Counted from the stretch's first letter, positions 17,431-27,497 are shown. The stretch is DNA of 64,000 bases from an uncultured Prevotellaceae bacterium (GCA_947166345.1 CAMVDU010000001.1:11260-75259), one strand, 5' to 3'. Notes: generated by a model from the sequence alone, not told the origin. Translations and numbers: made by a program.

Positions 17431-18303
17431 ATGGCTTTAAAAATCGTTGTGCTGGCCAAGCAAGTGCCAGACACCAGAAATGTGGGTAAGGATGCCATGA
17501 CCGCAGAAGGCACCGTGAACCGTGCTGCCCTGCCCGCCATCTTCAATCCAGAAGATTTGAATGCCCTGGAGCAGGCCCTTCGCCTGAAGGAGCAGAACCC
17601 AGGCTCAACAGTAGGAATCCTCACGATGGGTCCTCCACGTGCAGGTGAGATTATCCGTCAGGGACTTTATCGTGGCGCTGATACAGGTTGGTTGCTTACC
17701 GACCGTCTCTTCGCTGGTGCCGATACCCTCGCTACATCTTATGCGCTGGCTACTGCCATCAAGAAGATTGGCGATGTTGACATCGTAATCGGTGGTCGTC
17801 AGGCTATCGACGGTGATACCGCTCAGGTTGGTCCTCAGGTGGCTCAGAAGCTGGGCCTCAATCAGGTTACTTACGCCGAGGAGGTACTCAGCGTTAAGGA
17901 TGGTAAGGCTACTATCAAGCGTGTGATCGACGGTGGTGTTGAGACCGTAGAGGCTCCTCTGCCTGTTGTAATCACCGTTAACGGAAGCGCTGCTCCTTGT
18001 CGCCCCCAGAATGCTAAGCTGGTGATGAAGTACAAGCGCGCTACCTGTCCTATGGAGCGTCCTGCCGAGGGTACTGCCTACGACTATCTGTACGACGAGC
18101 GCCCTGAGCTCACACTGAACCAGTGGAGCGTGGCCGACGTGGATGGCGATGTAAACCAGTGCGGTTTGAGTGGCTCACCTACCAAGGTTAAGGCCATCAA
18201 GAACATCGTGTTCCAGGCTAAGGAGTCGAAGACTTTGACGGCTTCTGATGCTGATATCGAGGGAATGATCAAAGAATTGTTGGAAGAGAAAATCATTGGC
18301 TGA
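17431..18303 (+). CDS. etfB: Electron transfer flavoprotein beta subunit
   Basis: KQVPDT, FAGADTLATS, QAIDGDTAQVG; start taken at MALKIVV. Confidence 0.95.
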   Translation: MALKIVVLAKQVPDTRNVGKDAMTAEGTVNRAALPAIFNPEDLNALEQALRLKEQNPGSTVGILTMGPPRAGEIIRQGLYRGADTGWLLTDRLFAGADTLATSYALATAIKKIGDVDIVIGGRQAIDGDTAQVGPQVAQKLGLNQVTYAEEVLSVKDGKATIKRVIDGGVETVEAPLPVVITVNGSAAPCRPQNAKLVMKYKRATCPMERPAEGTAYDYLYDERPELTLNQWSVADVDGDVNQCGLSGSPTKVKAIKNIVFQAKESKTLTASDADIEGMIKELLEEKIIG

Positions 18304-18313
18304 TTTATAAAGA

Positions 18314-18372
18314 AGACAACTGTAACAACATAGACAACATATAAAAAGTTGTTTTAGTTGTCCAAGTTGTCG
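18314..18372. repeat. Three 9-bp units followed by three inverted 9-bp units
   Basis: agacaactg/taacaacat/agacaacat then aagttgttt/tagttgtcc/aagttgtcg. Confidence 0.75.
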
Positions 18373-18389
18373 TTAATAAAAGAAACAAT

Positions 18390-19412
18390 ATGAACAACGT
18401 ATTTGTATATTGTGAAATAGAAGGTACTCAGGTACAGGAAGTATCTCAGGAGTTGCTGACCAAGGGTCGCAAGCTCGCCAATGAACTGAACGTAGAGCTG
18501 CACGCCGTTGTTGCCGGTACCGGTATTTCTGGTAAGGTTGAGGATCAGATTCTGCCTTACGGTGTTGATAAGCTGTTTGTTTTCGACGCTAAGGACCTGT
18601 TCCCTTACACCTCAGCTCCCCACACTGATATTCTGGTTAACCTCTTCAAGGAGGAGCAGCCACAGATCTGCCTGATGGGTGCTACCGTTATCGGTCGCGA
18701 CCTCGGTCCACGTGTATCGTCATCTCTGACCTCTGGTCTGACTGCCGACTGCACAGAGCTGGAGATTGGTCCTTTCGAGGATAAGAAGAACAACAAGACA
18801 TACGAGAACCTGCTTTATCAGATTCGTCCTGCTTTCGGTGGTAACATCGTAGCTACCATCGTTAACCCCGACCACCGTCCACAGATGGCTACTGTACGCT
18901 CTGGCGTGATGCAGAAGGCTCTGTACGAGGGTGAGTGCAAGAAGGAGGTTGTTTACCCGGAGGTAAGCAAGTATGTTAGCCCTGAGGCTTTCGTAGTAAA
19001 GGTTCTCGATCACCACGTTGAGGCTGCTAAGCACAACCTGAAGGGTGCACCTATCGTTGTAGCCGGTGGTTACGGTATGGGCTGCAAGGAGAACTTCGAC
19101 CAGCTGTTCGAGTTGGCAAAGGTTCTGCATGGTGAGGTTGGTGGTAGCCGTGCTGCTGTTGATGCTGGCTGGTTGGATCACGACCGTCAGATTGGTCAGA
19201 CAGGTGTTACCGTTCACCCCAAGGTATATATTGCCTGCGGTATCTCTGGACAGATTCAGCACATCGCTGGTATGCAGGATTCTGGTATCATTATCTCTGT
19301 TAACAGCGATCCCGATGCTCCTATCAACAAGATTGCCGACTACGTCATCGTTGGCACCGTTGAGGAGGTTGTCCCCAAGTTGATCAAGTACTACAGGCAG
19401 AACTCAAAGTAA
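18390..19412 (+). CDS. etfA: Electron transfer flavoprotein alpha subunit
   Basis: GLTADCT, RPAFGGN, SRAAVDAGW, QIGQTG, GISGQIQH. Confidence 0.95.
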   Translation: MNNVFVYCEIEGTQVQEVSQELLTKGRKLANELNVELHAVVAGTGISGKVEDQILPYGVDKLFVFDAKDLFPYTSAPHTDILVNLFKEEQPQICLMGATVIGRDLGPRVSSSLTSGLTADCTELEIGPFEDKKNNKTYENLLYQIRPAFGGNIVATIVNPDHRPQMATVRSGVMQKALYEGECKKEVVYPEVSKYVSPEAFVVKVLDHHVEAAKHNLKGAPIVVAGGYGMGCKENFDQLFELAKVLHGEVGGSRAAVDAGWLDHDRQIGQTGVTVHPKVYIACGISGQIQHIAGMQDSGIIISVNSDPDAPINKIADYVIVGTVEEVVPKLIKYYRQNSK

Positions 19413-19413
19413 G

Positions 19414-19599
19414 ATGAAAGCTTTAGATTATTTCCTCATTATCTGCACCATCGTGCTGCTCGGAATCTCTTATTATCTGATGACGATCGACCAGCATGCA
19501 GCTTCTGGAATAGTGAATATCGCTGCTTATGCTTGCGGTGTCGCTGTTGGTGCACGAATTGGAGGTAGAATATATAAGAAGAATCAAGAAAACAAATAA
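19414..19599 (+). CDS. Small two-TM membrane protein
   Basis: 61 aa with two hydrophobic segments; fills the gap between etfA and acd exactly. Confidence 0.6.
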   Translation: MKALDYFLIICTIVLLGISYYLMTIDQHAASGIVNIAAYACGVAVGARIGGRIYKKNQENK

Positions 19600-19605
19600 G
19601 GAATT

Positions 19606-21336
19606 ATGGCAAACTATTATAGCGATCATCCTGAGATCGGGTTCTACTTGAACCACCCCCTGATGGCTCGTATCGTTGAGCTGAAGGAAAAAGGCTTTGC
19701 TGATGCAAAGGAATATGACTACGCTCCCGTTGACCTGGGCGATGCCATCGAGAACTACAAGCAGATTCTCGACATCACCGGCGACGTGGCTGCCAATATC
19801 ATCGAGCCAAACTCTGAGAGCGTTGACCTCGAAGGTCCACACCTCGAGAATGGTCGTATGATCTACGCCTCTAAGACTTACGAGAACCTCGACGCCACCC
19901 GTAAGGCTGGTCTGTGGGGTGTATCAATGCCTCGCCGTTACGGCGGTCTGAACCTGCCTAACGCCATCTTCTCCATGCTGAGCGAGATGATTTCGGCTGC
20001 TGATGCCGGTTTCCAGAACATCTGGAGCCTGCAGAGCTGTATCGACACTCTGTACGAGTTCGGTTCAGAGGAGCAGCGCCAGAAGTACATCCCACGCGTT
20101 TGCGCTGGTGAGGGTATGAGTATGGACCTGACCGAGCCTGATGCTGGTTCCGACCTGCAGCGCGTCATGCTGAAGGCCACCTTCGACGAGAAGGAGAACT
20201 GCTGGCGCCTGAACGGTGTGAAGCGCTTCATCACCAACGGTGATAGCGACATCCACCTCGTGCTGGCTCGTTCTGAGGAGGGCACTAAGGACGGACGTGG
20301 TCTGTCTATGTTCATCTACGACAAGCGCCAGGGCGGTGTTGACGTACGTCACATCGAGCATAAGCTGGGTATCCACGGCTCACCTACCTGTGAGCTCACC
20401 TATAAGAACGCTAAGGCCGAGCTCTGCGGTAGCACACGTCTGGGTCTGATTAAGTACGTGATGGCTCTGATGAACGGTGCCCGTCTGGGTATCGCCGCAC
20501 AGAGTGTAGGTGTTGAGCAGGAGGCTTACAACGAGGGTCTGGCTTACGCTAAGGAGCGTCAGCAGTTCGGTGATAAGATCATCAACTTCCCTGCTGTTTA
20601 CGATATGCTCTCTCGCATGAAGGCTAAGCTCGATGCTGGTCGTTCACTGCTGTACGAGACAGCCGCTTACGTTGATATCTACAAGTGCTTGGAGGATATC
20701 GAGCGCGACCGCAAGCTCACTCCCGAGGAGAAGCAGGAGCTCAAGAAGTACCAGCGCCTGGCCGATGCCTTCACACCACTGGCCAAGGGTATGAACTCTG
20801 AGTACGCCAACCAGAACGCTTACGATGCTATCAGCATCCACGGTGGTTCAGGTTTCATCATGGAGTACAAGAGCCAGCGTCTGTTCCGCGACGCACGTAT
20901 CTTCTCTATCTACGAGGGTACCACACAGTTGCAGGTGGTAGCCGCTATCCGCTACATCACCAACGGCACTATGCTCAACAACATCAAGGAGATGCTGGCA
21001 GGTCTCGAGGTTAGCGATAGCCTGAAGAACCTGAAGGCACGCGTAGAGAAGCTCGTTCCTGTTTACGAGGAGGCACTTAACAATGTTAAGGCCCTTGAGA
21101 ATCAGGACGCTCAGGACTTCCTGGCTCGCCGTCTGTACGACATGACAGCCGAGATCGTTATGTCACTCCTGATCCTGCGCGACGCCACAAAGGCTCCTGA
21201 GCTCTTCGAGAAGAGTGCCAACGTATACGTTCGCATGGCCGAGGAAAACGTGCTTGGTAAGAGCGCATACATCAAGGCATTCCAGGTAGAGGACCTTGCA
21301 AGTTTTAAGGCTGCTGAGGAAGAAACTGAGGCTTAA
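19606..21336 (+). CDS. Acyl-CoA dehydrogenase family protein
   Basis: LTEPDAGSD, NGVKRFIT, KLGIHGSPT, IHGGSG, IYEGTTQLQ. Confidence 0.95.
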   Translation: MANYYSDHPEIGFYLNHPLMARIVELKEKGFADAKEYDYAPVDLGDAIENYKQILDITGDVAANIIEPNSESVDLEGPHLENGRMIYASKTYENLDATRKAGLWGVSMPRRYGGLNLPNAIFSMLSEMISAADAGFQNIWSLQSCIDTLYEFGSEEQRQKYIPRVCAGEGMSMDLTEPDAGSDLQRVMLKATFDEKENCWRLNGVKRFITNGDSDIHLVLARSEEGTKDGRGLSMFIYDKRQGGVDVRHIEHKLGIHGSPTCELTYKNAKAELCGSTRLGLIKYVMALMNGARLGIAAQSVGVEQEAYNEGLAYAKERQQFGDKIINFPAVYDMLSRMKAKLDAGRSLLYETAAYVDIYKCLEDIERDRKLTPEEKQELKKYQRLADAFTPLAKGMNSEYANQNAYDAISIHGGSGFIMEYKSQRLFRDARIFSIYEGTTQLQVVAAIRYITNGTMLNNIKEMLAGLEVSDSLKNLKARVEKLVPVYEEALNNVKALENQDAQDFLARRLYDMTAEIVMSLLILRDATKAPELFEKSANVYVRMAEENVLGKSAYIKAFQVEDLASFKAAEEETEA

Positions 21337-21407
21337 GGCTGCGAGTAAGTGAGTGAAATGGAAGCTTGTTTTCATTTCCGAACGTAAGCAGGCTCGAACG
21401 AAGTTCA

Positions 21408-21890
21408 ATGATGACGGAAATAGAATTAGACGAGCGCGTACAGCGCGCAGTCGATAATTTCATGGCCGGATATGGCTGCTGCCAAAGTGTGGTGGCAGCC
21501 TTTTCCGACCTTTATGGTTTAGATGAGACGATGGCCAAGCGCATTGCTGCTGGCTTTGGCGGTGGGGTAGGTCGTATGCGCATGATGTGCGGTGCCGTCT
21601 CTGGTATCGTGATGCTTGTTGGTCTCGACTGCGGACAGACGGAGGGCTCAGACCGCGAGGGCAAGTCGGCCTGCTACAAGGTTGTGCAGGATCTTCTTGC
21701 CAAGTCGAAGGAGGAGAACGGCAGCCTGATCTGTGCAGAGATACTGGGTATCAAAGGCCATGAGAAAGCCAAGAATAGCTATGTGGCCTCGCCGCGTACG
21801 GCAGAGTACTACAAGACGCGTCCCTGTGCAGCCAAAGTAGAGAGTGCCGCTCGTATCTTTGCCGATTATCTGAAAGAACGATATTCGTAA
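21408..21890 (+). CDS. C_GCAxxG_C_C family redox protein
   Basis: GYGCCQSV, GFGGGVG..CGAVSG, GSLIC, PC. Confidence 0.85.
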   Translation: MMTEIELDERVQRAVDNFMAGYGCCQSVVAAFSDLYGLDETMAKRIAAGFGGGVGRMRMMCGAVSGIVMLVGLDCGQTEGSDREGKSACYKVVQDLLAKSKEENGSLICAEILGIKGHEKAKNSYVASPRTAEYYKTRPCAAKVESAARIFADYLKERYS

Positions 21891-21952
21891 CTTATCCTCT
21901 AAAGAAATCTTAATTTCTTTATCCAACTGGTGTGTAATTGGATTTTTTTGTG

Positions 21953-21960
21953 TAAGTTTG
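21953..21960 (+). promoter_or_regulatory. -7 box for the GH43 gene
   Basis: TAAGTTTG. Confidence 0.6.
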
Positions 21961-21988
21961 CAAGCTGAAACGAAGACTATTACAAAAT

Positions 21989-23731
21989 ATGAAGAAGAAA
22001 CTAATCCTATCAGTTGCCCTCCTGGGGGCTTGTGTCAACATGAGTGCACAGACACTGGCTACCGACTTTAAGGGTTCTGGTTACAACAATCCCATCAGTT
22101 CTAACATCTTTTGTGCTGACCCCACGGGCCTGGAGTACAACGGACGTCTGTATGTCTATGGCTCGAACGATCACCAGGAGTTTGTGGCCAACGGTAAGAA
22201 AGGCAATAACACCTACGGCAACATCAAATCGATTGTGGTGTTCTCCACCGATGATATGGTGAACTGGACGTTCCATGGCACCATCGATACGAAGAAGATC
22301 TGTGCAGGATGGACGCCGAGCGCATGGTACAAAGGCTATGGTGTGTCGTGGGCTCCGTCCGTGACGTGGCGTCATAATGCGGAAACTGACGAGGACGAGT
22401 TCTTTCTTTATTTCTGTAACTCGAGTCATGGCGTCGGTGTGCTGAAGGCCAACTCGCCTGTGGGACCTTTTAAATCGCCCAATAAGGAGCTGATGATTCA
22501 TTACGACACGCCAGGTGCCAATGCGCAAGGTACCAATGCCAATTTCGATCCGGGTGTGACTATCGACGACAACGGTGTGGGCTGGATTGCCTTTGGTGGC
22601 CTTGGTCCCAGTACGATAATGCCTGAGGCTGCCCGTATTGTGAGGCTGAAGCCTTCGATGACCGAGGTGGACACTACGGCTGTCAAGATTCACGCTCCCT
22701 ACCACTTCGAGGCCAACGAGTTGAACGTCATTGGTGGTAAGTATGTCTATACCTACTGCTCGAACTGGGAGTCTCGTGATGGTTGGAACACCTACAAGAG
22801 TCAGCACGGCATCACAGCCAGCGCCCCTGGCGGTGGCACTATGTGCTATATGGTTAGCGACAATCCTCTTGATCCCGACTCTTGGGTATATAGAGACTAT
22901 TACGGTCCTGGCGTTGGTGGCAACAACCACTCGCACTTGCAGAAGTTCCAGGGCAACTACTATCACCTCTACCACAACCACGGTGATATTCTGTTGAATG
23001 CCATGAAAAACGCGGGAGAGGCTGATCAAAGTGCTGGCGACTACCGTTCTATCTGTGTGAACCAGACCACTGTGACCGAATCGACGGCAACCATCAATCG
23101 CGTGACACAGAACCGTGAGGGTGCCAGTCAGATTAAGAAGCTGAATCCCTACGAATGGCAGGAGGCCGAGACGATGGCCAGCTGCCGCGGTGTGGGCTAT
23201 GAGGACTATGTTAACATCAAGAAGAACGGAAGAGTAAGCTCTCTGGGCAACGATGCCTCCATTAACATGCTGGTGAAGATGAAGGCTGGCTCGTGGATCA
23301 ATGTCCGTGGTGTCAACTATGGAACGACTGGCGCCTCACAGTTCACACTCCGTGCCAAGGGTACAGGTAAGATGGAGTTGCGCAACGGTACCAGCGACCG
23401 TACCATAATAGCCACCATCGAGTTCTCTTCGACATCGACAGACGTGGAAGAGCAGACCTTCGATATTCCTGAAGGCAAACTGAAGGGCGAGAAGTCCAAC
23501 CTCTATCTGGCTGTCACTGAGGCCACCGACTTCTATGTTGATGCCTGGAAGTTTACTGATGGTGCCGCTTCAGGCATCCAGGAAGTTGCCAACGGTCTGC
23601 AGCCAACGGCTGATAGTCAGCGTTACGACATTTCTGGTCGTAAGCTGTCCGACGCCCAGCAGCATCGTGGCATCACCATCGAGCAATATACCGACGAGAA
23701 TGGCGTGAAACACTATCGCAAGAAGTTCTGA
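21989..23731 (+). CDS. GH43 (XynD-like arabinofuranosidase) with CBM6-like module and T9SS-type tail
   Basis: ADP, WAP, FDP, FEA, NNH motifs; LNPY..QEAET; YDISGRK C-terminal tail. Confidence 0.85.
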   Translation: MKKKLILSVALLGACVNMSAQTLATDFKGSGYNNPISSNIFCADPTGLEYNGRLYVYGSNDHQEFVANGKKGNNTYGNIKSIVVFSTDDMVNWTFHGTIDTKKICAGWTPSAWYKGYGVSWAPSVTWRHNAETDEDEFFLYFCNSSHGVGVLKANSPVGPFKSPNKELMIHYDTPGANAQGTNANFDPGVTIDDNGVGWIAFGGLGPSTIMPEAARIVRLKPSMTEVDTTAVKIHAPYHFEANELNVIGGKYVYTYCSNWESRDGWNTYKSQHGITASAPGGGTMCYMVSDNPLDPDSWVYRDYYGPGVGGNNHSHLQKFQGNYYHLYHNHGDILLNAMKNAGEADQSAGDYRSICVNQTTVTESTATINRVTQNREGASQIKKLNPYEWQEAETMASCRGVGYEDYVNIKKNGRVSSLGNDASINMLVKMKAGSWINVRGVNYGTTGASQFTLRAKGTGKMELRNGTSDRTIIATIEFSSTSTDVEEQTFDIPEGKLKGEKSNLYLAVTEATDFYVDAWKFTDGAASGIQEVANGLQPTADSQRYDISGRKLSDAQQHRGITIEQYTDENGVKHYRKKF

Positions 23732-23736
23732 TAAGC

Positions 23737-24312
23737 ATGAAACAGAAAACAGTCATCGCCGTCTTCGCCTCGGGTAGCGGGTCCAACTGCGAGAATCTGA
23801 TTACCTATTTCAAGGATTCTGAAAGCGTCGATATAGCCCTTGTGGTGAGCAACAAACCTAATGCCTACGTGTTGGAGCGTGCCCGTCGTCTGGGTGTGCC
23901 TACGGAGATTGTGCCCAAGGCGATGCTGAACGATGCTTCTCAGCTGATGCCCCTGTTGCAGCGCTATGGCATCGACTTCATCGTGCTGGCAGGTTTCCTG
24001 CCGCTCATTCCCGACTTCCTCATCGAGGCCTTCCCCCGTCGAATTGTCAACATCCATCCTTCGCTGTTGCCGAAGTATGGTGGCAAGGGCATGTGGGGAC
24101 ACCATGTCCACGAGGCTGTGAAGGCTGCCGGCGACACGGAGACGGGCATGACCGTCCATTGGGTGACGCCCGTCTGTGACGGTGGTGGCATTATTGCACA
24201 GTACCGTGTGGCGCTCTCGCCCGACGATACGGTTGACGACATCATCGAGAAAGAACATCAGCTGGAGATGAAGTACTATCCCAAAGTGATTGAGCAAGTG
24301 CTTGCTGAATAA
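23737..24312 (+). CDS. purN: Phosphoribosylglycinamide formyltransferase
   Basis: ASGSGSN, NIHPSLLPKYGG, G.TVH.V...D.G. Confidence 0.93.
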   Translation: MKQKTVIAVFASGSGSNCENLITYFKDSESVDIALVVSNKPNAYVLERARRLGVPTEIVPKAMLNDASQLMPLLQRYGIDFIVLAGFLPLIPDFLIEAFPRRIVNIHPSLLPKYGGKGMWGHHVHEAVKAAGDTETGMTVHWVTPVCDGGGIIAQYRVALSPDDTVDDIIEKEHQLEMKYYPKVIEQVLAE

Positions 24313-24331
24313 ATAAAAGTAAAAGGATGAT

Positions 24332-25957
24332 ATGAGAAAAGTGTTGATGTGGGGGGCACTTGCCTGCGCAGGCATGGTGAATGCTGCCGACGGCGTTCCC
24401 ACAAATGCTGGCGAGACGTGTACGTTTGTTGAGGGCGTACGCTATTCCCAACTGGTCATCAACGCCCGCATCAACGACTTCAAGGCCAACACCAAGGTTG
24501 CTGGCTTCGGCACTTACGACAGTCAGGGCAACCGGCTTGCAGCGCCTCAGTCCTCTTCCTCCACACTCGACTATGTGCCTGGCCTGGTGGCCAAGGCCAT
24601 CATCGAGGCTGTCGATTACTACAAGGACAGCGAGACCATCGATGTGGCTCCCTGGTACTATGCCGTGCAGTCGTATGCCAACCGTTGCGACATCACCTCC
24701 AATGGCAAGAACGGCAAGAGCTTCGACGACCTGAATGCCGTGAAGCTCTATTTCGTACTGTCGCAACTGGCTGCCAGCGGACGTTTTGCCGACAGTCCCT
24801 CTTACTCCAATGCAACGACCATTCAAAAGGCGGGCCAGCGCTTTGCCGATGCCCTGAGGGGTATTGCCCAGGCCAACAGCAACTACGTCATCAAGGCATC
24901 GACGTTGCAGGGGGCGGCAGGCGGCTGGTGGCATAAGTCGTCCTATACCAATCAGATGTGGTGCGACGGTCAGTATATGGGACCTGCCCTGTTGGCACAG
25001 CTCATCAACGCGTACAACGACTATACCCCTATCTCTGACGATGATTGGGCGCTACTCATTAAGCAGTTCACTATTTCGTGGCATTACCTGTGGGACGATG
25101 AGGCCCAACTGCTTTATCACGCCTTCACCGCCGACCCTGGTGGCAGCGCTGCCTCAAAGTGGGCTGGTGTCTCGGCTACGCCAGGTGCCGAGGTCTATCA
25201 CTCGGCAGAATACTGGGGACGTGCTGCTGCCTGGTATTTCCTCGCCCTCGTCGATGTGCTCGAGCAGCTGGAGCTGGCTGGCATGAAAGATACGGAACAC
25301 TATCAGACCCTTCGCGGCTATCTGCAGCTGCTGGCAGCAGGCATTGCTGCCCGTCAGGACGATGCCACAGGCTGCTGGTACCAGTTGCTGGCTCATGACG
25401 GCACCTTCGTGGCCGACAGCTACGACCAGAGCTACAGATACACCTCGTCGCCCGTTGCCAACTATCTTGAGGCCTCCTGCTCGGCCATCTTCATCGCTGC
25501 CTATCTGAAGGGTATGCGACTGGGACTCTACGACACGGACTATACCGATCTTGCTACTAAAGCCTATCGCGGCTTTGTGGAGCATTTCATGGTGTCCGAC
25601 GGCAATGGCGGTGTCCACCTCGTCTATAGCTGTCGTTCGGCAGGTCTTGGCGGCAGCAACTACCGTGACGGCTCTGCTGCCTACTACCTGATGGGTAAGG
25701 ACACCCAGCCAACAGGTCTGGCCTCCTCCGATTTCTATACCGAGGGAAAGGTGCTGGGTGGTTTCATTCTTGCCGCTACTGAGTATGAGCGTCTTTCTGA
25801 CCAGACTGCTACGGACATCACCCCCTCTGTACATTATTATAATAAAGGAGAAAACCGAAATGATAAGGTCTATGACCTTCAGGGCCGCCCGATGACTGAT
25901 AGCCCCAAGTCCAAAGGGCCTTACCTCCTAAACGGAAAGAAACTCTTAAACCCATAA
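24332..25957 (+). CDS. GH105 unsaturated rhamnogalacturonyl hydrolase-like protein with T9SS-type tail
   Basis: WHK...QMWCDGQYM, YWGRAAAW, NYLEASCS; YDLQGR tail. Confidence 0.85.
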   Translation: MRKVLMWGALACAGMVNAADGVPTNAGETCTFVEGVRYSQLVINARINDFKANTKVAGFGTYDSQGNRLAAPQSSSSTLDYVPGLVAKAIIEAVDYYKDSETIDVAPWYYAVQSYANRCDITSNGKNGKSFDDLNAVKLYFVLSQLAASGRFADSPSYSNATTIQKAGQRFADALRGIAQANSNYVIKASTLQGAAGGWWHKSSYTNQMWCDGQYMGPALLAQLINAYNDYTPISDDDWALLIKQFTISWHYLWDDEAQLLYHAFTADPGGSAASKWAGVSATPGAEVYHSAEYWGRAAAWYFLALVDVLEQLELAGMKDTEHYQTLRGYLQLLAAGIAARQDDATGCWYQLLAHDGTFVADSYDQSYRYTSSPVANYLEASCSAIFIAAYLKGMRLGLYDTDYTDLATKAYRGFVEHFMVSDGNGGVHLVYSCRSAGLGGSNYRDGSAAYYLMGKDTQPTGLASSDFYTEGKVLGGFILAATEYERLSDQTATDITPSVHYYNKGENRNDKVYDLQGRPMTDSPKSKGPYLLNGKKLLNP

Positions 25958-26060
25958 ACTCCTATACTCCTAAACTCCCAAACTCCTAAACTCATCAACT
26001 CATCAACTTATCAACTCAAAAACTCAAAAACTCATCAACTCAAAAACTCATCAACTCCAA
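25941..26060. repeat. 8-bp tandem array x15 (aactccta drifting to aactcatc/aactcaaa)
   Basis: Unbroken 8-nt register that begins inside the GH105 3' end. Confidence 0.92.
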
Positions 26061-26065
26061 ATAAT

Positions 26066-27466
26066 ATGCTTGAACTAGTGAACAATGTGAACGACGTGCT
26101 GTGGGCCTACTGCCTCATTCCTGCGCTGGTAGCTTGTGGGCTGTGGTTCACGTGGCGCACCCGCTTTGTGCAGTTCCGTATGGTAGGCGAGATGTTCCGT
26201 CTGCTGCGCGACTCCTCGTCCAAACCTAAGGGTATGGGCAGGCACATCTCCTCGTTCCAGGCCTTCACCGTCTCGCTGGCATCGCGTGTGGGTACGGGCA
26301 ACCTCGCAGGCGTGGCTACGGCCATTGCCGTGGGTGGTCCTGGTGCCGTGTTCTGGATGTGGGTCATGGCGCTCTTCGGTTCTGCCTCTGCCTTCGTCGA
26401 GAGTACGCTGGGTCAGCTGTTCAAGCAACCCCACAGCGACTCCTTCATCGGTGGTCCGGCCTACTATATCCGTCACGGTCTGCATTGCCGTTGGATGGCC
26501 ATCCTCTTTGCCGTGCTCATCACCATCTCGTTTGGTCTTGCCAACAACTCCGTACAGGCCAACACCATCTGTGGGGCTATGGAGGGAGCCTTCGGATGGA
26601 ACGCCCAGATGGTGGGAGTGGTGATCACCCTGACCACGCTGGTCATCGTCTTTGGTGGCATCCAGCGTATCGCCCGTGTCAGTAGCGTGCTGGTGCCCAT
26701 CATGGCGCTGGGCTATTTCCTGCTGGCTGTGGTGGTCATCGTTACCAATATCAGCGCAGTGCCCCGTGTGTTCCAGGTCATCGTCGAGAGTGCCTTTGGC
26801 CTGCGTCCTGCCGCTGGTGGCATGTTGGGTGCTGCCATCATGAACGGTGTCAAGCGAGGTCTCTTCAGTAACGAGGCAGGCGAGGGTAGTGCCCCCAATG
26901 TGGCGGCTACGGCCACCGTCTCGCATCCTGTCAAACAGGGACTCATCCAGGCGCTGGGCGTCTTCACCGATACGCTGGTGGTCTGCTCGTGTACCGCTTT
27001 CATCATCCTCATCAGCGGACTCTACGACAACCCCGACCTCAACGGCATAGCCCTCACCCAGTCGGCCCTCCAGTCGGAGGTGGGCTCCTGGGGTCCAACC
27101 TTCATTGCCGTCGCCATCTTCCTCTTTGCCTTCTCGTCCATTATCGGCAACTACTATTACGGTGAGGCCAACATGCGGTTTATGACGAAGAGCCGTGTGG
27201 CGATGACCATCTACCGTCTGATGTCGGGAGGTGTCTTCGTGATGGTTGGTGCCATGATGACCCTCGATGCTGCCTGGAGCTTCATCGACTTCTTCATGCC
27301 CCTGCTCACGGCCTGCAACCTCGTGGCCATCCTCCTCTTGGGCAAGTACGCCTTCCGTCTGCTTGACGACTACCGCTCTCAGCGTCGTCAGGGCATCAAG
27401 CATCCTACCTTCCATCGCAGTCAGCTGCCCGAGATTGAGCACGATCTTGCATGCTGGGAAGATTAA
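26066..27466 (+). CDS. Alanine/glycine:cation symporter (AGCS family)
   Basis: SRVGTGNLAGVA, GGPGAVFWMW, GGPAYY, FSNEAGEGSAP. Confidence 0.93.
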   Translation: MLELVNNVNDVLWAYCLIPALVACGLWFTWRTRFVQFRMVGEMFRLLRDSSSKPKGMGRHISSFQAFTVSLASRVGTGNLAGVATAIAVGGPGAVFWMWVMALFGSASAFVESTLGQLFKQPHSDSFIGGPAYYIRHGLHCRWMAILFAVLITISFGLANNSVQANTICGAMEGAFGWNAQMVGVVITLTTLVIVFGGIQRIARVSSVLVPIMALGYFLLAVVVIVTNISAVPRVFQVIVESAFGLRPAAGGMLGAAIMNGVKRGLFSNEAGEGSAPNVAATATVSHPVKQGLIQALGVFTDTLVVCSCTAFIILISGLYDNPDLNGIALTQSALQSEVGSWGPTFIAVAIFLFAFSSIIGNYYYGEANMRFMTKSRVAMTIYRLMSGGVFVMVGAMMTLDAAWSFIDFFMPLLTACNLVAILLLGKYAFRLLDDYRSQRRQGIKHPTFHRSQLPEIEHDLACWED

Positions 27467-27495
27467 AGATTAAACATTAAAGATTAAAAATTAAA
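27461..27495. repeat. 7-bp tandem repeat (gattaaa) x5
   Basis: gattaaa gattaaa cattaaa gattaaa aattaaa; includes the stop codon of the upstream gene. Confidence 0.9.
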
Positions 27496-27497
27496 TA

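Noticed and set aside
26075-27442. 455-aa minus-strand ORF
   Set aside because: Fully antisense to the AGCS symporter and explained by codon bias; no motifs. The same reasoning applies to 8734-9582, 22010-23029, 40282-41166, 42147-43274 and 47421-48464
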